In this document: positions 59,271 through 64,000 of the stretch, piece by piece | How positions within the stretch are numbered: the first letter of the stretch is position 1 | Layout of the letters: each line of letters starts with the position of its first letter | Origin: Cenarchaeum sp. | Lineage (GTDB): Archaea > Thermoproteota > Nitrososphaeria > Nitrososphaerales > Nitrosopumilaceae | NCBI GenBank assembly: GCA_965242695.1 | Contig: CBDESU010000002.1 | Location: 224,001 to 288,000, forward strand | DNA: 64,000 nt | Direction: 5' to 3' | Notes under the pieces: generated by a model | Databases searched by the model: none | Told to the model about the DNA's origin: nothing | Seen by the model: the letters and a program-made list of their open reading frames with translations, nothing else | Program-made: the position numbers and the translations under genes

Positions 59271-62200
59271 GTGCCAGCCGCGACACGGGCCGCCGTTGCG
59301 ATTGCTGCGGTCGCCGTCGCCGCGGCGGCATACGCGGCGCCCGCAGAGGCCGCCGCCGGCGCGCAGGACGGCCTGGACGCCGCCGAGGTGCTTCCCCCAA
59401 CGGACCCGCTGGCGCGGTACCTAGAGAGGGTCATCCCCGACGAGGCAAGCGCCCGGCAGTGGCTGGCCGACCACGCGCCACACCTTCCTGCCGAGTACCG
59501 CGACAGGCTGCTGGCGGAAAATCCGTCCCTGGCCTCGCGGACGGGGACGGCGCCGCCGGCCGCCTCTGGCCAGAGCTCGATACAGTACCCCGACATTACG
59601 GAGGTCTACGACGGCGAGACGTTCGCGTACGGAGCCCTGCGCAGCGCATCGCCCGACGGCGCGCTGCGCGACCAGCCCGGCATCACGGTATGCCTTGTCG
59701 ACCGGCTGGCATCCGGCTCGTTCGCCCCGCTGCACGACGTCGTCACGTTCGAGCCGGCCTGCCAGGTCACGGACATGGACGGGGCGTTCTGGGGGCACAT
59801 ATTCATCTACGGCGACCACGGCGATCCGGTCGACCTGTGGCTGAACGTGTCCGCCGCCGCCCCCGCCGGCAGGGTCGTAGACGGTACGGGCAGGACGTAC
59901 GCCGCATACGTCGACGCATCCGACGGCCTGGACGGCTACCTCACGGGGCTCGGCGCCACAACCATGGACGGGGACGACGGCATGCGCAGGACGTTTTGGA
60001 TACTCGACTCGGTCGCCCTCGGGCGCGAGGCCGCGCACAACGCGACAGGCCGCGCGATGCCGCCCCTGGACATAGTATGGCTCAACGACACGAGGTCGCG
60101 CGTGCCGAGCTCGTACGACGGCACGGGCATGAACATGACCGTCTCGTCGTCCGTAAAGCGCGGCGCAAGCCACGGGGCCGAGGCCTACCCGGCGTCCATC
60201 CTGCACGAGTACGGGCACCATGTAATGCGCGACGCCCGCGGGGCGACCGGATCGGCGGTCCCCGGCAGCGCCGCCTGCTCGGATGCAATCATGAGGCAGA
60301 CCACTCCGGCCTGCGCCTGGTCCGAGGGCTGGGCCCACTTCTTCCCGGCGCTTGCCCTGGACGGCCGGCTCCTGCAGTACCAGGAGCAGCGCTATCCGAT
60401 CGACCTGGAGGCGGCAAAGTGGAGGGTGCGCGGGCAGTCGGGGGCCGGCTTTGCGGACGGCTCGGCCGGCCGGGTCGCCTCGGCCCTGTGGGACCTGCGC
60501 GATGCGGCCAACGAGGGCGGCGACACAGTGGACAACGCGACGGCCGCTGTATGGGCGTCCCTGTACGGAGCGGGAAACGGCAGCGCGGCGCGCACCCCCG
60601 CAGCGTTCTCCGACTTTGCGGCAGGCTGGAGCCGCGCTGCGCCAGGCCACCCGCCGCTCGGCAGCGTCATGGTCCTCAACGGGCTCGCCTCGATCCCGCA
60701 GCTGCTGGCCGCATCGGCCGGCACGGGGCGGTTCCACGACGGGTTCGAGTCGGGCACCGGCTCGTGGGCGATGTCGGGCGGCGGAAACTGGCGCGCGGCG
60801 CCGGCCGCGGGCCAGAACGGCTCGGCGGCCCTCGTGTCGTCCGGGTGCGCCCCGTCCGCCGGCGGCTGCGTGGCGACCGTACTCGAGGCGATAAACTCGA
60901 CCGGATACGCGCGCGCCTCGCTGCGCATGTCGCTCGCCGGCGGCCCGTCGTCGGCCGTGGCCCTGCAGCACTCTGCGGACGGCCTGTCCTGGGCCAACGC
61001 GTCCTCGCACAACGGCACGATATCCGGCTGGCGCGGCGCAGACGTCGATGCGATACGGCTGGGAGCCGAGGGGGATCCGGCCCGCTCGTACTTTAGGCTC
61101 GTCGCATTCTCCGGCGAGGCGAACCAGTCGGCCGCAGTCGACCACATCATGATCCGCGCCGACTCTGCCCCCACGGTCTCCGTCGCGCCGAGCGTCCGCA
61201 TCGGGCACGACCGCCTGCACAGGCTCGCCGTCGGCGCCTCCGACCCCGACGGGGATGCCGTGTCCCTCTCGCTGGAGATCGGCGCCGGCGCCGCTCCAAG
61301 CGGGGTGTCCGCTGTCCTGCGCGACCTTGGAAACGGCACCGGCATCGCAGAGGTGCGGGCATCCCCGTCGAGCGCGGGGAACTTTGCGGCTACCGTAACC
61401 GCGACCGCGCACGGCCTGTCGCGCTCGGCCCCGCTGGCCATAGCCGTCGACGACGTAGAGCCGCCGGCCATAGGCGGCGACACCGGCCACAGGACCGTCG
61501 AGGCGACCGCCCTGCCCGCCACGCCCGTCATACTGGGCCCCGTCAACGCCACCGACAACCACGATCCCCGCCCGTCCCTTGCGCACAGCCGCGCGCCGGG
61601 CGGCGCGTACCCGCTTGGAACGACGATCATACGGTACAATGCCACCGACGCGTCGGGCAACACCGCGGCGATACTCCAGAACGTGACCGTACTCGACACC
61701 ACGCGGCCGGCGTTTGGCGCCATCGGGCCGCTTGCCGTGCGGCTCGGGATCAGCGGGGCGCCGGCGCCCGTCGACTATGCCGTCCCCGCGGCGACCGACC
61801 TAGAGGGGCCGGTCCCCGTGCGCTGCGATCCGCCGCCGGGATCGCTGTTTTCGGCCGGCACGACGAGCGTGTCGTGCACCGCGTCCGACGGGAGGGGAAA
61901 CACCGCGACTGCCACGTTCGCCGTCACCGCGGCGCCGCCTCCCGCGCTGAACCACCCGTCGAGCCCCGTCCCGGTCTCGGCGTTCCGCATGGACAACCCC
62001 CGCGGGAGCGACACGGCCGAGTTCAACGGATCCACGTACGCCGCCGTGGCCTACTCTTATCCCGTATGGTGGTACGCCGACGGCGTCATGATCATCGACA
62101 TTACCGACCCGCACCGCCCCGCGTACGCCTCGTCCCCGCGAGACGGGCACGACGGGTTTGGCACGCTTGGCGGGGCAAGGGACGTGGCGCTTGCGATCGT

Positions 62201-64000
62201 CGACGGCGGGATGTACGCGGCGGCCGTGTCGGCCGGCGACGGGGCAATCCAGGTGATCAACGCCACGAACCCGGCCCGCCCGGCCCCCCTCCCGTCGCTC
62301 GCGGTGCCGCGGTCGGGCAGCGCGGGCGATCCCGGGCACGGCGCGGCAATCACGTCGTTCAGGTCGGGCGCGTCGACGTACGTGGCGGCCGCCGTCCCGG
62401 GCTACGGCCGGGGCGGGGGCCTCTACATTGCAAACATTACCGACCCCGCCTCGCCCGTCCTCTTGTCGTCGGCCGTCAACGGCACGGGCGGGTTCGACAC
62501 GCTCGCCGGCGCGTCCGGCGTCGACGTGGCGCGCATCGGGTCCTCGACGTACGCCGTCGTCGCATCGTCCTGGGACGGCGGGATCCAGATAGTCGACATT
62601 ACGAGCCCCGCATCTCCGGCGGCCGTCGCATCGGCGAGGGACGGGATCGGCGGGTTTGACGAGCTCGCGGGGGCATCGTCTGTCGCCATAGCCCATATCG
62701 GCCCGTCGACGTACGCCGTCGTCGCGGCGGCGAGGGACGACGGCGTCCAGATCATCAACATTACCGACCCCGCCTCGCCGGCGGCCGTCGCATCGGCGGG
62801 GGACGGGACCGGCGGGTTTGAAAAGCTCGACGGCGCGTCGGACGTGGCGATCGCATCCCTCGGGGGCGCCACGTACGCCGTCGTGGCCTCGCCCGACCGT
62901 GCGACCAGCACGTACTGGTACGCGGCGGTCCACCCCGACAGCGGCGTCCAGATCATCAACATTACCGACCCCGCCTCGCCGTCCCCCGCCGCGGCCCTGA
63001 CCGACGGCGCCGGCGGGTTCGACGAGCTGTACACTGCGAGCGGCGTGTCCGTGGCCGCCGTGGGGCCCGCCCTGTACGCGGTCGTCTCGTCGCTCTACGA
63101 CGACGGCCTGCAGATCGTCGGCATCGGCGCGGCGCAGCCCAACCTGCCGCCCGCCGTCGACGTATCCCCGAACGCGACCGTGCTCGAAACGGGCCGCCTC
63201 CGGCACGCCGTCCACGCGCACGACCCGAACGCCGACCGCCTCAACGTCACCGTGTCCTCGAGCCCGCCGGCGCCCGGCCTTGCGCTGTCCGGGGACGGGG
63301 CCGTCGTGTGGACGCCCGGCGAGTCGCAGTCGGGCTCGTACACCGTAAGCATTACCGCCGTCGACCCGCACGGCGCGTCCGCGAGCGGGCAGTTCGAGCT
63401 GGCCGTATCCGACGCGTCCGTCTCGCACAGGTCGCACGATGCGTTCGCATCGTCGCTCGGCGGGTGGTCGTACAAGCAGGTCTGGGATCCCGGGGGCGAC
63501 AGGACCTGCGGGGCCACCTCGCACGTCGTGCAGTACGGCATGCGGCACTCTGCCGAGCACGGCGGCTCGGCGCACGTCAGCGGCAACGGAAACTGCTGGA
63601 AGGGCAGCGCTGGGGCCGCCCGCAGCGTGTCCGTCCCCCCGTCTCACACGGGGGGCGACATCCGCATCGACCTCGAGTTCCGCACCGGCAGCATCATATA
63701 CAGGACGGGGAGCTGGACGAACAACCTGGCCGTCGACGTGACCGACTCGCAGGGGCGCTCCCTCGCGGACGAGCCCCTGTACGGGAGCGAGAGGGTGCCC
63801 GGCCAGGGCGACAGCGGCTGGTCGAGCGCGACCGTGTACGCAAGGGGCGTCGACTCGTCGGCATGCCCGTGCGAGGTGTACGTGCACTTCCACGACTTCT
63901 GGGAGATGAACCACGGGCAGAACTTTTACCTGGACAACGTCAACATCACCGTGTCAAAGCCGGCCGCCGTTGCGGCCGGCGCCGGCGGCGCCGGCGGCGC
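59271..64000 (+). CDS. giant secreted protein, paralogue 3 (partial, >1576 aa; runs off the window)
   Basis: Absent from the ORF track because there is no stop in the window. GTG 59271 follows TTTTTAT (59241-59247). Signal peptide, ILHEYGHHVM..WSEGWAHFF, the same repeats and C-terminal domain, all in one frame. Confidence 0.88.
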   Translation, partial: MPAATRAAVAIAAVAVAAAAYAAPAEAAAGAQDGLDAAEVLPPTDPLARYLERVIPDEASARQWLADHAPHLPAEYRDRLLAENPSLASRTGTAPPAASGQSSIQYPDITEVYDGETFAYGALRSASPDGALRDQPGITVCLVDRLASGSFAPLHDVVTFEPACQVTDMDGAFWGHIFIYGDHGDPVDLWLNVSAAAPAGRVVDGTGRTYAAYVDASDGLDGYLTGLGATTMDGDDGMRRTFWILDSVALGREAAHNATGRAMPPLDIVWLNDTRSRVPSSYDGTGMNMTVSSSVKRGASHGAEAYPASILHEYGHHVMRDARGATGSAVPGSAACSDAIMRQTTPACAWSEGWAHFFPALALDGRLLQYQEQRYPIDLEAAKWRVRGQSGAGFADGSAGRVASALWDLRDAANEGGDTVDNATAAVWASLYGAGNGSAARTPAAFSDFAAGWSRAAPGHPPLGSVMVLNGLASIPQLLAASAGTGRFHDGFESGTGSWAMSGGGNWRAAPAAGQNGSAALVSSGCAPSAGGCVATVLEAINSTGYARASLRMSLAGGPSSAVALQHSADGLSWANASSHNGTISGWRGADVDAIRLGAEGDPARSYFRLVAFSGEANQSAAVDHIMIRADSAPTVSVAPSVRIGHDRLHRLAVGASDPDGDAVSLSLEIGAGAAPSGVSAVLRDLGNGTGIAEVRASPSSAGNFAATVTATAHGLSRSAPLAIAVDDVEPPAIGGDTGHRTVEATALPATPVILGPVNATDNHDPRPSLAHSRAPGGAYPLGTTIIRYNATDASGNTAAILQNVTVLDTTRPAFGAIGPLAVRLGISGAPAPVDYAVPAATDLEGPVPVRCDPPPGSLFSAGTTSVSCTASDGRGNTATATFAVTAAPPPALNHPSSPVPVSAFRMDNPRGSDTAEFNGSTYAAVAYSYPVWWYADGVMIIDITDPHRPAYASSPRDGHDGFGTLGGARDVALAIVDGGMYAAAVSAGDGAIQVINATNPARPAPLPSLAVPRSGSAGDPGHGAAITSFRSGASTYVAAAVPGYGRGGGLYIANITDPASPVLLSSAVNGTGGFDTLAGASGVDVARIGSSTYAVVASSWDGGIQIVDITSPASPAAVASARDGIGGFDELAGASSVAIAHIGPSTYAVVAAARDDGVQIINITDPASPAAVASAGDGTGGFEKLDGASDVAIASLGGATYAVVASPDRATSTYWYAAVHPDSGVQIINITDPASPSPAAALTDGAGGFDELYTASGVSVAAVGPALYAVVSSLYDDGLQIVGIGAAQPNLPPAVDVSPNATVLETGRLRHAVHAHDPNADRLNVTVSSSPPAPGLALSGDGAVVWTPGESQSGSYTVSITAVDPHGASASGQFELAVSDASVSHRSHDAFASSLGGWSYKQVWDPGGDRTCGATSHVVQYGMRHSAEHGGSAHVSGNGNCWKGSAGAARSVSVPPSHTGGDIRIDLEFRTGSIIYRTGSWTNNLAVDVTDSQGRSLADEPLYGSERVPGQGDSGWSSATVYARGVDSSACPCEVYVHFHDFWEMNHGQNFYLDNVNITVSKPAAVAAGAGGAGG

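Noticed and set aside
59183-63914. Long track ORFs of 637, 721, 443 and 704 aa
   Set aside because: Off-frame or antisense shadows of the unlisted paralogue 3 gene starting at 59271.
28660-64000. Diversity-generating retroelement behind the variable loops
   Set aside because: No reverse transcriptase or non-coding template repeat is seen, and the differences include indels and are not adenine-restricted.
1-64000. tRNA, rRNA, integrase or proviral genes
   Set aside because: None recognised by eye; tRNAscan-SE/Infernal would be needed to exclude small RNAs.

Overview
GC-rich archaeal DNA, most consistent with a Nitrosopumilaceae/Thaumarchaeota genome, possibly a sponge symbiont. This is inferred from AglB, DUF354 genes, TATA boxes about 25 nt upstream of apparently leaderless start codons, a thaumarchaeal 'PLKQ..GV..C..ACV..L..RGW' domain, and NHL-repeat surface proteins. 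There are three blocks. (1) 1-14.7 kb is a putative defence/conflict island. Its centre is a translationally coupled ubiquitin-like conjugation operon: Ubl, E2, catalytically dead JAB, two-domain E1, intact JAB, resembling Bil type II. It is transcribed divergently from a TrmB-like regulator, a YwgA/Panacea-like gene and a PD-(D/E)xK-like gene. Nearby are a Doc/Fic-TPR fusion flanked by duplicated antitoxin-like ORFs and an AT-rich two-gene nuclease module. (2) 15-26 kb is a glycosylation locus (methyltransferase, AglB-cyclophilin fusion, two DUF354 paralogues, nucleotide-sugar dehydrogenase, LpxA-like acyltransferase) interrupted by an AIPR gene. (3) 26.5-64 kb is an expanding family of giant secreted HExxH proteins sharing a framework-conserved, loop-variable C-terminal domain, plus NHL-repeat proteins, two IS66-like elements and a nested IS630. 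The best candidate for an undescribed system is the archaeal Ubl operon with an active/inactive JAB (MPN+/MPN- like) pair. All family calls come from motif recognition by eye; no database searches were run. Start codons were re-assigned from TATA spacing and gene overlaps where the ORF track over-extends.
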